Shown here one piece after another: positions 30,649-45,314 of a DNA stretch of 64,000 nucleotides. The first letter of the stretch is position 1, and each line of letters begins with the position of its first letter. A model generated the notes under the pieces. It was not told the origin of the DNA and made no database searches. It saw only the letters and a program-made list of their open reading frames with translations. Source of the DNA: Neocallimastix sp. 'constans' (Eukaryota); NCBI GenBank assembly GCA_050613775.1, contig JBODTK010000104.1, positions 434,001-498,000 of the forward strand, written 5' to 3'. The position numbers were made by a program, and so were the translations under genes.

Positions 30649-31089
30649 TCATATATACTTCCTTTTTCTATATATATATATATATATATATATATTTTTT
30701 CTCTATATAAATATTTCTTTTTCTCTATATAAATATCATTTTTATCAATTAACATCACCTCAAAATAGATTTTTACAATATAATGAAATTCAAACAATAC
30801 CAGAAAGTATTGGGAAACTTGAACTTTTACATATTATGTAAATAATCATCCTTATATATATATATATATATTTTTTTTTTCTCTATATATATTCCTATAT
30901 AAATTCATGTTCTACATATTAAGTAAACAATTTAATATAAAAAATTTTCTTTTTTTTTTTTTTTTGAAATAAAAAATTAGTAATTTAGATCATAATAAAA
31001 TTGAAACAATTCCAATAAGCATAAATAAATGCAAATATCTACATACAATGTAAGTCCTTTTTAAAAAAATTTTTTTTTTTTTATAAAGA

Positions 31090-31124
<35 letters not shown>

Positions 31125-31411
31125 TATTATATATTATATTTTTTTTTTATAAACAATTAATATATATATATTATTTGATTATATTTATTTGCTTGATATA
31201 ATATATAATTTAATAAAACATTTTAAATATTATATAATATAATATAATGTAATAACAGTAATCTTGAAAATAATAAAATTTCTAATTTACCGAAAGAATT
31301 ATTTGAATTAAAGAATCTCTGTATATTGTAAAATAAAAAAAAAATTCATATAATATATCTGATAATAATTATTTATAAATGTTTTATCTTCATTTAAAAA
31401 AAGCATTTTAA

Positions 31412-31446
<35 letters not shown>

Positions 31447-34400
31447 TCGATCAATGATTTACTTTTATTATTAATATTAATCTTTCAGAAATTTAAATTC
31501 AAATAAAATTACAATAATTCCTAAAGAAATTGAAAATGCTTCATCACTGCAATTAATGTAAATATTATTATAAATATATTTAAATATATATATACACATA
31601 TATTAATAAAATAATATTAAAAATCAAAATATATGTCACCAAAATAATGTTAATAGTAATAATTAAAATTAATATTATTTTTTTATTAATTTTTTTTTTT
31701 TTTTTTTTTAATATTATTTAATGAAAATACTTAATATAATTATAAATATATATTAATATTATGAAAAAAAAATAGATCCTTAAATAATAATTCCATTGAA
31801 AAAATTACTCCTGAACTATTTAATGCTAAAGAATTAAAATCATTGTAATTATTAAAAAGAAAATTAATTAAAGAAAAATTTTGAATTAAAAAAAAAAAAA
31901 AAAAAAAATGGAATAAAATAAAAAATAAATATAAAATAAATAACTATTAAAAAAAATAAAAAAAAAAAAAAATAGATTAAAAATATTTACTAGAGTTATC
32001 AAAATTATAATTAAATTAAAAATAATAATAATAATAATTTAATTATTTATTTCATTTTCTAATATATATTTTTTAATTATTAAAAAGATACATAAAATCT
32101 AATAAAGTCAATGAAATTCCATCATCAATTCAAAATGCAAATAAACTAAAAACTTTGTAAGTATATAATAAAAATGAATAAGAAAATATTAAAAAATAAT
32201 AACAATAACGATAAAAAATTATATCAATAAGTATTTAACTTATACAATTAATGTATTTAATCTATATATATATATAATAAAAAAGATATTTATCCTCAAA
32301 TAGTATACAAAAAATACCTGAAGAATTAATGGAGTCTACTTCATTAGCTGAAGTGTAAAAATAAATAAATAACTACAATTATTTTTTTTTATAATAAATA
32401 TTTCTTATAATATTATATATATTATATGAATCTTTAATTTATGATAATTTCCAAAAAAAAAAAAAAAAGTTATTCGAATGATCTAATTGTTTTATTTAAT
32501 ATTTTCTTCTTCTTCTTCTTCTTCATAATTTTTTTAAATATTATTCTTTTTATTTTTAATATAACTTTATGAATAAATTAGTAATTTATCAGAAAATCAA
32601 ATTAAAAGTATACCTAATTCTATCAATTCCTTGAAAAATCTAACCCTTCTGTAAGTATTGATTTAAATAGTATAGTATAGTTCAACATTGAAACTTCATA
32701 AAAAAAAAATATTTTTGATAATCCAATATAATAAGAAAAAAACATATTTTTTTTTAATATTTATTTATTAATAAATATTTTTTGTTATTTACATCATCTT
32801 TTTTTTTTTGTTTTTTTAATAAAAAAAATTATTATTAATTATAGTGATCTTAGTTTTAATAAAATAACTGAAATACCTGTAGAACTGAGTGAATTATCAA
32901 ATTTAGAAACCTTGTAAGTATTCGTTAATATAAAATATTTTTAATTTTTTTTTTTTTTTTACTATTTAAAAATTAAATAAAATATATTTATATCTAAAAT
33001 ATATTTATACATTAATTTTTTATTTCTATATTTCTACTATGTATTATAAATGATATATATATATATATATGAATATATTTGTATTTATAATTTTATTTAT
33101 ATTTTTTTTTTTTTTAAAAAAAAAAAAAAGAAATTTAAATGATAATTTAATTAAAGAAATTCCATTTGAAGTGAAGAAAGAAAAATTAAAAAATCTTAAA
33201 AACTTGTAAATAAATAATATATATATATATATTACTATTATTCAATATTATATTACAGTTCTTTTTTTCATTAAAAAAATGAATATATATTATATTTTAT
33301 ATTTTTGTTAAATTTTTTTTTTATTTTATGCTATTTTATTTTTTTTTCAAATTATTATTACAAATATTTTTTTTTTAAAAAAAATTTTTTTTCATTGAAA
33401 TTATAATAATAGTAATATAAAAAACAATAATATTAATAATATAAGTGACCTTTGTAAATATGCTGGAACCGAATCGGAAGCTAAAATAGAATCTGAAGCC
33501 AAAACTATTAATAATACTACATCCACTAATGTTGAACCTCTTCAAAAATCAAATTCTAGTAAATTAGATGATGTTAAACAGGATTCCTTAAATTCCCAAA
33601 CTACCACCAACATAGACAATACTACAGACGATAACAATAAAAATGAATCCCTTGAAAAATCAAATTCTAGTAAATTAGATGATGTTAAACAGGATTTCTT
33701 AGATTCCTCAACTACCACCAACACAGACAATACCACAGACAATAACAATAAGGATGAATCCCTTCAAAAATCAAATTCTAGTAAATTAGATGATGTTAAA
33801 CAGGATTCCTTAAATTCCACAACTACCACCAACATAGACAATACCACAGACAATAACAATAAGGATGAACCCCTTCAAAAATCAAATTCTAGTAAATTAG
33901 ATGATGTTAAACAGGATTCCTTAGATTCCCCAACTACCACCAATATAGACAATACCACAGTCAATAACAATAAGGATGAACCCCTTCAAAAATCTAATAG
34001 GCAAGATTCCTTGGATCAAGTGTCTAAATCTAACCCAAATGATAAAACAGAAACCACTGAAGAAGAAGACGAAGAAGATAAAAAATTAAGGAGTTGTCGG
34101 GAAAGAATAGAGGCCATCACTCGAAACTACACGGCCTTAGATGAAGATATTAAGAAGAAGAATAAACCCTTCCTGAAAGAATTAATGTTAGATTGTAATA
34201 TTCTATCGGCGAAGAATAAGGAAACATTTGATGAGTACATTAAAACATTCAAGACAAAGCTTCAACTGAAAATTGATGAGATTGTAGATTGTAATATAAA
34301 AATCAAAACTGAACTAAAGAAAGGTAATCCTAACATTGAAAGTTTTGAAAAGAAAAAGGAGGAAATTATGGAAGAAATTAATCAACTTAAAAGTATTGTT

Positions 34401-35318
34401 AAAAATGAAATAGAAAAAATAAAAGAAAATAATAGACAAGAAGAAAAGAAGAGTAAATATGATAATGATCTAATTAATAATTATTTTGATCCCAATATGG
34501 AATTTTCTTTCAGTCCGGATGAATTAGCTGATTTGATATTTGGTAACTATGGTACGAAGACGGAGTTTTCGATGCCAAGAACATTTATTCTCCTGCCAAA
34601 ACCCAAAAGTGCAGGCCTAAAAAGAGTATTTTCCTTTAAAAAATCTAAAGATAAGACTAAAGAGCCGGACTTTTGGGCAAACATTGATAATTGGATGGAG
34701 AGTCCGATATTTGAATTTCATTATCTCTGTGAATATGATAGAGAAGAACATATTATGGAATCCTCATCCTATCAATATAACATTCGTAATGCCGATAAAT
34801 TACTTTCAACGACGGCAACCCTTTTACTATTTAGTGTTTACTGTGTTCTCGATCGTCTCAAGGACGATCCCGACTATTGTATAGATCTATTTGAAAAATG
34901 TTTAAGTGGTACCTCGGCCTCCACCTATTTCCAATATCTTTCCAATGTCCTAATCGATAAAATCAAAACGTCTAAAGCGGAACCTGTAACGTATAAACAG
35001 ATTTGTCAAATCATTGATTGTTCACGGTATGAATTAAAAAAAATTATTAATGAAGTAGATTCTTCACATAAATTTGGAGGACTCAATAAAGTTTTAATCA
35101 GTAAAGGATACACTCGTTATATGTGTAAGGAACATGAAGAAAGATATAATAAGGAAGGATTTACGGCCCCTCCCAGAGAAACTAAAAAATTTATTAGAAG
35201 AAGGAAAAGTAGTAAATTTTCATTACGAAGATTCTCTATTAAAGCACCTAAATCTCCTAAAGCCATAAAATCACCTAGCTCATCTGAAATAGCTGAAGAA
35301 CCAACAACATCATCTTAA
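28829..35318 (+). CDS. ~1007-aa protein: F-box-like N-terminus, ~15 LRRs, 37-aa repeats, coiled coil, Cys/His C-terminal domain; 16 exons
   Basis: Exon 1 is 28829-28974. Thirteen 69-nt exons start at 29609, 29848, 30098, 30392, 30769, 30981, 31259, 31489, 31776, 32088, 32286, 32582 and 32845. A 75-nt exon starts at 33131; the last exon 33413-35318 is in frame with ORF 34011. All introns phase 2; total 3024 nt. LRR consensus LxLxxNxIxxIPxxIxxLxxL. Confidence 0.88.
33534..33997 (+). repeat. Coding 111-bp (37-aa) tandem repeat, four full copies plus a partial copy
   Basis: Units start at 33534, 33645, 33756, 33867 and 33978: EPLQKSNSSKLDDVKQDSLNSQTTTNIDNTTDDNNKN. Confidence 0.93.
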
Positions 35319-35747
35319 TCACCTTAAATAAGCAATTAAATTCATTAAATCAATCAATCAATCAAAAAAAAAATAATAATAATAATAATTAGATATAATA
35401 TAAAATAAAATATAAAAATTAAAAAAAAAAAACTTAAAGATAAAAAAAAAATAAATAAATAAAAATTCAAAAATCAAATATCTCAAAGTCAACTAAAAAT
35501 AAAAATAAAATTGAATAAAAACAATGAAATTATTTTTATTTCTTTTTTATAAAATATATATATACAAAAATTTAAAAATATTATTATTTAATAAAATTTT
35601 GATAAATTATTTGCTTAATTACTATTAATTTTTTTATTCTTTTTCTTTATTATTATTTTTTGAAAATCATTGAAAAAACTTTTTCCAAAATAATATATAT
35701 ATATATATATTTGTATATTTAATTATAAAAAAAAATAAGTTAAAAAA

Positions 35748-35781
<34 letters not shown>

Positions 35782-36981
35782 TTATAAAAAAAAATAGGTT
35801 AAAAAAAAAATTAATAAAAATAAAAATAAAAAATTGAATAAATATTAATATTCTCATTTTAATAATTATTTATATATATAAATATTTTTGTTTTTATAAG
35901 TTTATATTTTATTTTATGATATTTTTTTTATAAAAAATTAAAATTTATTATGATAAAATAAACTAAATTATAATTAAAGTGTTCCATTTAAAAATATAAT
36001 TGATATTTCATATTAATATTATTGAAAAAAGTTCATGATAACATGATAATAATAATAAAAATAATAGATTCATAATACGACTATATATATATAATAATTT
36101 TATATCTTTCTGTATGACAGTCCAATAATTACAATTAACAATTTATTAGCATACGGTATAGGCTTTATTTAGACATAGATTATTAATAATAAATACTTAT
36201 TTAATAAAAACATATAAAATCCATTTAAAATTATTTTTTTTTTTATAAAGAAAAAATAAAGCAACTTTAAATATTATCATATACAAATTCAAAAAATAAT
36301 TGCATTAATGTAAACATATATAATTATATATAATTATATATCTTTCAATAAAGATATATATTTGAATCTAACATATCCCAATACTGCTTTATATTTATAT
36401 ATAATTTATTATGAGAATAATAAAAAAAAAAAATCCAGATATCCCATTTATATGCCTTTTTAATGAGTATATATTGGGTGTAGATAATACCAATACTATA
36501 GTTGTTTTTTCTTATTCTAAATTTTTTGTTTTATTTTTTATTTTTTCTTTATTATTTTTTGAAAAACATTGGAAAAAACTTTTTCTAAAATAATATATAT
36601 TTATATATATATTTGTATATTTAATTATAAAAAGATAAGAATAAAAAAAAAAAAGAATGTTTTCTTCTTTATTTATATAACAGTGAAACGCAAGTCACCA
36701 AGAAAATTAAAAGGTTTGAATTTACATTCTGTAAATTAAAACAATATTATTCAAATCTATAAAAAAAATATATATATATTTTTAATGTATATCAATTATA
36801 ATTAAGTAATTAAGTAATAAATAGATAAATAATAAATAAATAAATAAATAAATAATTAAATAATTAATTAATAATAAATAAATAATAATTTTAATTATTT
36901 TATGCTTTTTGTATTTAGAAAAAAATTTTTTTTTTTTTTATTTATTTATTTATTCTTTTTTACTCATTAACCGTTAATTTT

Positions 36982-38085
36982 TGTTGGAAAATTAGTATTT
37001 TTTAGTTTACAAAATTTAATTAACATTTTAATTAATATTTTTATTTTATTACAAACTCTTATTATAATTTCAAAGTATTAAATAGTTTATTATATATAAA
37101 TAGGATTTATTTTATAATAATATGAAGTTTATATAGTTTATGAATATAGTTTCAAAAGTCTTTTATTTTTTATAAGCCTCTTTTATATATTTAATATATT
37201 TAAATAATTTAAATAGGTATGATCCATCAAATGTATTTTATTATGTATAAATATCATTAAATTATGTATTCTTAGAAAATAAGCCTTTTGTTTCAAATAA
37301 ATAAAGTTAGTAAATAAACAAATATTGAGATTTTTATCAGATTAAGAGTCAAATAAGACTCTGTAAGTTTGTGTAGAAATTTAGAATACTTAGTTAATAA
37401 GGAAATTTAGTAATTTAGTAATTTAAGGACAACTACGATGAATGGTACGAAGACTTTATCCTAGAACTCCAAGGGGCTGGATGAAGTGAGTATGTTGAGA
37501 AGAACATAGATGATATCATAAAAGAAATAAAAGGAGAAATATACAACCAAAGGGAAAGGAGTATCTTATCTGAAGAAGGCTGTGAAAAAATTTAGGTTGT
37601 GCTATGACAGATTCGTAAGAATTATTAGTAAAATTAGTTAAGGATAGTAAAAATATTAAAGAAAATAGCAAATTTTCTTAGTAAGCAAAGATTTTCACAG
37701 TACTTTGTTTAGAGGGGAATGTTAGAAAATTAGTATTTTTAGTTTACAAGTTTAATTAACCTTTTAATTAATATTTTTATTTTATAACAAAACTTTTATT
37801 ATAATTTTAAATATTAAATTGTATAGTATATATAAATAGGATATATTATATTAATGTTTAATTTTTACAGTTTATGAATATAGTTTTCAAAATTTTTTTT
37901 ATTTTTATAAACCTCTTTTATATAGTTAATATGAAAATTTGTTATTTAATGTATCGAAATAGGTATGATCCATCAAATGTATTTTGTATCTTTAAATATC
38001 ATTAGATTATTTATTCTTTAAAAATAAGCTTTATGCTTTAAAATATATAAAGTTTGTAAATAAATAAAGATTGAGATTTTTATCA
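36982..38085 (+). mobile_element. Non-autonomous miniature LTR element (TRIM-like or copia deletion derivative)
   Basis: LTRs at 36982-37339 and 37720-38085 (TGTT...ATCA); PBS GATTAAGAGTC at 37340-37350; PPT AGAGGGGAA at 37711-37719; 5-bp TSD ATTTT at 36977-36981 and 38086-38090. The 380-bp interior has gag-N-like KDNYDEWYEDFILELQGAG*SEYV. Confidence 0.88.
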
Positions 38086-38116
38086 ATTTTTAATCATAGT
38101 AACATTTATTAATTAT

Positions 38117-38150
<34 letters not shown>

Positions 38151-40849
38151 CTTGTTATGCATTATATTATTAATAAATATTAAAACATTATTGATTAAAA
38201 ATACACTTTATAACTATTAATAAATAATTAATAAAAGTATATTTTCTTTTTTTATGAACAACTTTTTCCTATAAATACATTTTAGATATAAATAAAATTT
38301 AGCTATACACCTTATGTAATATTTATAATTATAATAATATAGTTTATTTTAGTTATTAGTATTTTAACAACTTGACCTTCATTTAAACTTTTTCTTAGTA
38401 TTCATTATCTTTTTTTTTTTTTTTTTTTTTTATTAAAATAATAATACGTACATTAGATTCAAATAATGTACAACACTCCCCTTTATAATAATTATAAATT
38501 ATTTTGAATAAATGTACCGCAATTTAATTTAATAAAAAAAATTTTTTTTATTTTTAATGATTTTATAATTTATAATATTAATAGATATTATTAAATAGAA
38601 TAGAAAAAAAAAAAAAAAAACTTTTTAAGTATTTCTTAAAAAAATAATAAAAATGAAAAAAAAAAAAGTAATTTATATAGGTAATTAAAAGACTTCTGTT
38701 TATTTTTTTTATGTCAATTAAGTATTTATTATAAATTTATAAATTTATAAAATTCATTATATTATATTTTATTTGTTAAGATTTAGTTAAAAAAATTTTT
38801 ATAGTATTAAAAATATAATTTATAAATATTTAATAAGAATGTTAAACTTTAATAGAATAAATTTTAACCAAATATTATAGATATCATATATATTATTAGA
38901 GTTATTGATAAATTTTTTCTATTTTTATACATATACAAATTTAATTGAAAAAAAAAAAGAAAAAAAAAAAAGGAAAAAAAGCGGCAAGTTTATTATTATT
39001 ATTATAATTATTATTATTATTTTTTTTTTTTTAGATGACTAAATTTAAATTACCAATTAAAATTAATATTTATTTACTATTATTATTTACTTTATTATTA
39101 TTATACTACTATTTATTATACTATTTATTATACTATTTATTTTACTATTTATTATACTATTTATTATACTATTTATTATACTATTTATTATTTATTTAAC
39201 TATTATTATTATTATTTATTTAACTATTATTATTTATTATACTATCATTATTTATTATACTTTTTATTAGTGAGGATTATTTAATATTATTTATTAATTA
39301 TTTCTTTAATGAACCATTAGTAATACTACTAAATTATTCATGATGATTTTAGAGTTGGTATTATTTAATATTGTTTTAACTATCATTAATATAATTATTA
39401 TTAAAAATACTTATTAAAAATAGTAATAATAAATATCTATATTCATTGCACTGTGTTGAGTTTAGCATTTGATTATCCTTAAAAGAATATTTTTATATCT
39501 AATTTAAAGTTAAACATATAATGATATATATATATTAAATTATCTAACCTTTATTTATTATTTTATATTTATAATAATAGATAAACGCTATGAAATATAA
39601 TATCCTTTCTATTATACTATTTCCTTGTAGTTGTGGTCACTATTAATAGATACAAATTACACTATTAAATATTAAAAACATAATGAATTTATAAATTTTA
39701 ATGTATGAAATTTATTTAATTATTTTTATATCCACATTAACAATTTTTTTTTTTCCATTATATATATATATATTTTTTTTACAATTTATCTTTATTCATT
39801 TTTGACTTTAAAAAAGGAAATAAAAAAAAAAAAAATAATAAAAATAAAAAAATAAAAATAAAAAAAAAATAATAAAAAATTGAAATAATATTAATAAAAC
39901 TATATTTTTTTTATAAATAATACAAATAATAATATTAATACTCAATATATTTATATTTATTTTATAAATAATGCAAATGATAATAATAAATAACTAATAT
40001 TAAATTATATAATTAGTTTTAACTTTTTTTTTTTTAAATTTATAATTTCTAATTTTGATATAGTTTTTGGTTTCATTCATTTTATCACTTTTAATATTAA
40101 ATTATTGATTAATTAACTTAATTATTCTTTATACCTTTTTAAAAATAAATTAGATCCATTATCAATTATTATAATCTGAAATTTTAAAATTCTTTTACAA
40201 ACAGTAAACTGATAATTATATACATAAAGAAGTAAAATTTTTTTTTTAAAAAAAAAGTTTTTATAATTAAAAAATAAATAAATAAATAAAAATTAATTAA
40301 TTAAATAAAGCTAATTAGTTAAATAAATAATAAATAAATAAATAAATAAATAAATAATAATTAAATAAATAAAAAAATGAAAAAATAAATAAATAAAAAA
40401 TAATTAAATAAATAAAATAATAAAAAATAAATAAATAAATAATAATTAAATAAATAAAATAATAAAAAAATAAATAAATAAATAAATAATAATTAAATAA
40501 ATAAAATAATAAAAAATAAATAAAAAAATGAAAAAATAAATAAATAAAAAATAAATAAATAAATAAAAAAATGAAAAAATAAATAAATAAAAAATAATTA
40601 AATAAATAAAATAGTAAAAAATAATTAAATAAATAAAATAATAAAAAATAAATAAATAAATAATAATTAAATAAATAAAATAATAAAAAATAAATAAAAA
40701 AATGAAAAAATAAATAAATAAAAAATAAATAAATAAATAAAAAAAATGAAAAAATAAAAAATAAAATAGTTGAATATATCAGTGAGTTATAAATAAATAA
40801 TTAGGATATATATATTATTGTAAATTTATAATATATTAAGATAATTTAA

Positions 40850-41235
40850 ATTTCTTGAACTGGAGACATATGACGTAAAATAATTTCTATTTTTATTATT
40901 TTTTCAATCTTTAACTAGATTTGTACCATTCTCAATCAAGTAATTCTTACAAATTCTATTTTTATTTGCCAAGATAGGGATGGCATCATCAATTTAAAGC
41001 TTGGTAGGTTTTATATGCATTATGAAAATTTCATTGAATATTCCTAAAAGGACTTTGTTAACATTCCATGGGGGAATCTTAATATTTATAAGACTTCTCA
41101 GATATATATATATATATTTTTTTAATTGATGGTATGTATGAGGAAGGGAATGATGCTGTTCGGAATATGGTTTTTATTGTAAAACTAAACATGATCACTT
41201 TAAGAACTATTAATTAAAATTGGGATTTACAAAGA
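40850..41235 (+). pseudogene. Decayed, deleted paralog of the CotH-CBM18 gene
   Basis: ~40935-41075 (TCTTACAAATTCTAT...CAAGATAGGGATGG...TATATGCATTATGAAAATTTC...AAGGACTTTGTTAACATTCCATGGGG) aligns with 47135-47267 (YKFYFICQDWDG...YMRYEDF...KDFVNIEWG), with stops and a frameshift. TGCTGTTCGGAATATGGT (CCSEYG) at ~41155 is a CBM18 relic. Confidence 0.82.
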
Positions 41236-44200
41236 ACAGTTCTTTTTTGTTATAAAGATATCTTCTTTTTTTTCTTCTATTACTATCACTCCTATTATGA
41301 TAACTGCTTCATTTGCTATTAAGAGAGAATCCTAATAATAGAATATATATGTATTTATATATATATTAATTAAAATTGTAAATTAACGCTTTATTTATTT
41401 AATTTTTATGTTATATATATATATAATTTGCAGATAAAATGTTTATCAATAGGTTATTGAATAAATAAAAAATACATATAGAATATATAAAATATCCAAC
41501 AGTAAAAAAGGAAGAAAAAAAATAAGAATAATATATATTTTTAAGTCATAATATATATCTTATTATGAATTTATATCATCTATATCATCATAATTATTAT
41601 TTTGTATTTTGATATTTGTTTTGCTTTTAAAATTTACATATCACAATAATTATTTATATATTTTATTTATTCAATAATTCACTATTTATTTATTTAGAAT
41701 TTGGTAAGAAATTATTTAATTTATTGTACTTTATAGTAATATATTTAATAATTTATATGGAAATTTATATTAAACAAACCAACAAAACCAAGAAAAATTT
41801 TTTATTTGTACTTTTTTTGTACTTTTTTTATTATCATGGCAGAGTTTAAAAACTAAAATACTAAATTAATAAATTAATTATAAATTTTAAGATTATAATT
41901 GGTTAAATTTTTAATTATGGTTATTTTAGGTTGAAAAAAGAAAGTTAATAATTATATAATAAATAATTAAATAATTATATAATAAATGATTAATAATAAT
42001 TGAATAATAAATAATAAATAATAAATAATAAATTAATAAATAATAAATAATAAATTAATAATTAATAGTCAATAATAAATAATAAATAATAAATAATAAA
42101 TAATAAATAATAAATAATAAATAATAAATAATAAATAATAAATAATAAATAATAAATAATAAATAATAAATAATAAATAAATAAATAAATAATAATAAAT
42201 ATAATAATAATAAATAATAATAATAAATAATAAATAATAAATAATAAATATATAAGTAAATAGAAAGATGAATAAATAAATAATAAATAAATAAATAAAT
42301 AAATAAATAATAAATAAATAAATAATAAATAAATAAATAGTAAATAAATAAATAATATATAAAAAGAGTATTATTGTAAATATATTTCAGTTTATGAATT
42401 ATTTAATAAGTTTAATATGTAAATGATAAGGCTTATATGGATTACCATATAAAGAAAAGGGCTTTTATTAATAAACATTTAATATATATTAAAAATAATT
42501 TGTGTAAAAGTATATTCAATATTTTATTAAATAAAGTTTGTGTTAAAAAAAAAAATTTGAAAATTATTTTATAATTATTTTTGTACTAATAAAATAAATT
42601 GTTTGACATCATTTATGTACATCATTTAAAATTTATCACCTATAATTTTATAAATAAATAAATAAATAATAAATAAATAAATAAATAATAATAAATATAA
42701 TAAATAATAAATAATAAATAATAAATAATAATAAATAATAAATAATAATAAATAATAAATAATAAATAATAAATAATAAATAATAAATAATAAATAATAA
42801 ATAATAAATAATAATAAATAATAAATAATAACTAATTAATAATTAATATAAATAATAAATAATAAATAAATAATAAATAATAAATAATAAATAATAAATA
42901 ATAAATAATAAATAATAAATAATAAATAATAAATAATAAATAATAAATAATAAACTAATTAATAATAAATAATAAATAATAAATAATAAATAATAAATAA
43001 ATAATAAATAATAAATAATAAATAATAAATAATAAAACATTAAAAAATGAATTTGATAAAACATATTAAAATTCAAGTCATACAACTCTTATAAAAGCTT
43101 TCAAGACTTGTTATTATATAAAATACTATAGTTTTCTATTTTTTTTATTAATAAATATATATTTTTAATGAATAAAATATGGAATGACTATTTAGAAAAG
43201 CTCAATTACTTTTTTTTTATAATATCAAAATATTCCTTAAATCTTATTATTTAATATTAACTATTTAACATAACAAAAGTTAAAATTATAAAAATAATTC
43301 TTTTTAAATATGAATCACAGTGTATTTGCTATATTTATTTAAAGGTTATAGTATCGTTTAAATTTTAACTTTTAATAAAAGTATATATACTATATTAGTA
43401 TTACTTAAAATTTATATATAAAAGTAAAAACATTTATTATTTAAAACTGACATATCTATATTTGTTTCATTTGTTTATTTATTAATTTTTTTTTATTTTA
43501 TTTTTTAATTTTTCTATAATGTAAAGTTAATTCATAATATTTAATTTATTAATGGATAAAGTTCATTACAACATTACAAGATATAGGAATATTTATTAAT
43601 AAATAAGGTTTATTATGTAATATTAATTTCAATGGTTGAAATATTGCTTTAAATTAAAATTTAATTAACCATTCATTTATTTGATTGTTGATGTGACGTG
43701 ATATTAAATTAAAATACTTTAATAAATAAGATTTAAAAAGGATATACTAATTTATTTGATATAGGCATTAATATATTAGCAAGTTTAAACAACTGAATTA
43801 ACCATTTAAAACGTCAATTTCTTGTTTAAGAAAAAAAAAATTATAAAAATGTGATAAATCAGAAAAAAAAATTGTATCACTTAATATAATTATATTAAAA
43901 ATTAAATTTTTAATAAAATAAAATAATTATATAATATTTAACATTTATAATGTAATACAATTGAAACTAATATTAAAAGTAATAGTAATATTATTAAAAT
44001 AATAATTATTAATTAAATAAAAAAATTAAAAATATTATTATTATAATAATAAAATAATTAAATAATAAAATAATAAAATTAAAATAATAATGATAATAAT
44101 AATAATAAATAATTAAACTAAAAAAAACAATTATATTTAAATAATATAAATCTTAATTATTATTAAATTAACATATTAACATAAAATCATATATATTAAT

Positions 44201-45283
44201 TTATATAGTCTATATATATTTTAATTTATTTATGGTATTTTTTTTATTTAGATAGAATGCATTGTATTATTATTTTTTACCTTTAAAATATTATATTTAA
44301 TATTGAAAAAAAATTTGAAAAAAATTTAATATATGAATAATAAAATAATAAACGGAACAATATAATGTAATATATAATAATAATAAATGGAATAAAGAAA
44401 TTTAATTTTTATGTATTTATTAAAATTATTAGCTTTTTATATAGAGAGTAAAGTTTTAATTCAATAGATTCATTTTATAAAATTTTATATATGTAGGAAA
44501 AATAGTTCTCTTCAATGAATATCATATGGATTTAAATAGATAAAGGATTTAATAAATATAATTTTAAACTAAAAAATTTCTTGTTCATTACTTTCAAATA
44601 AGATATGGTCATCCAACAAAAAAAAGAATTGTAACAAATAAGATAAAATAAAATAAAATAAATTTATGGTTTTTTATTTACTTATTTTTCATGTTTTATA
44701 ATGATTAAAGTTTGCAATGAATAAATTTGAATTTTTTATATATTTTATATAGAAATATATTAATAGATAAATTCATTTATATTTATTTTATTGAATATTT
44801 GTATAAATGAATTAATATATGAATGTATGAATATGAATTTTTAATTCATTTTAAAAAAAATTTTTTCTCATAATTTATAATATATTCTAATATATTCTAA
44901 TATAATATAATATAAACGGTAAATATATTAAAGTATTGAATATATATATTTTTTAATTTATTTTAATTAATACACTTAATTACTATTATATTGTTATATA
45001 TTATTAAATATATAAAATAAATAAATTTCTTGATAATATCTTATATTAAATAAATATTAAAATAATGATTTAATAATAAATTAAATAATATTAAAATTCT
45101 AATACTGTATTATTCTTTTATAATCATATTTTATAATATTTATTTTTTTCAATTTTCAATTTAATTAAAATATTATAAAATATTAATAACTATTTAATAA
45201 TATATTACTATTATTATTTATTACTTTTATTATTATTTATTATTATTTATTATTATTAAAAAAAAATAGAGGATATTTTTTTA

Positions 45284-45314
<31 letters not shown>

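Noticed and set aside
34011..35318. Stand-alone 435-aa gene
   Set aside because: It starts at TTG inside an exon open from 33413; it is the last exon of the LRR gene.
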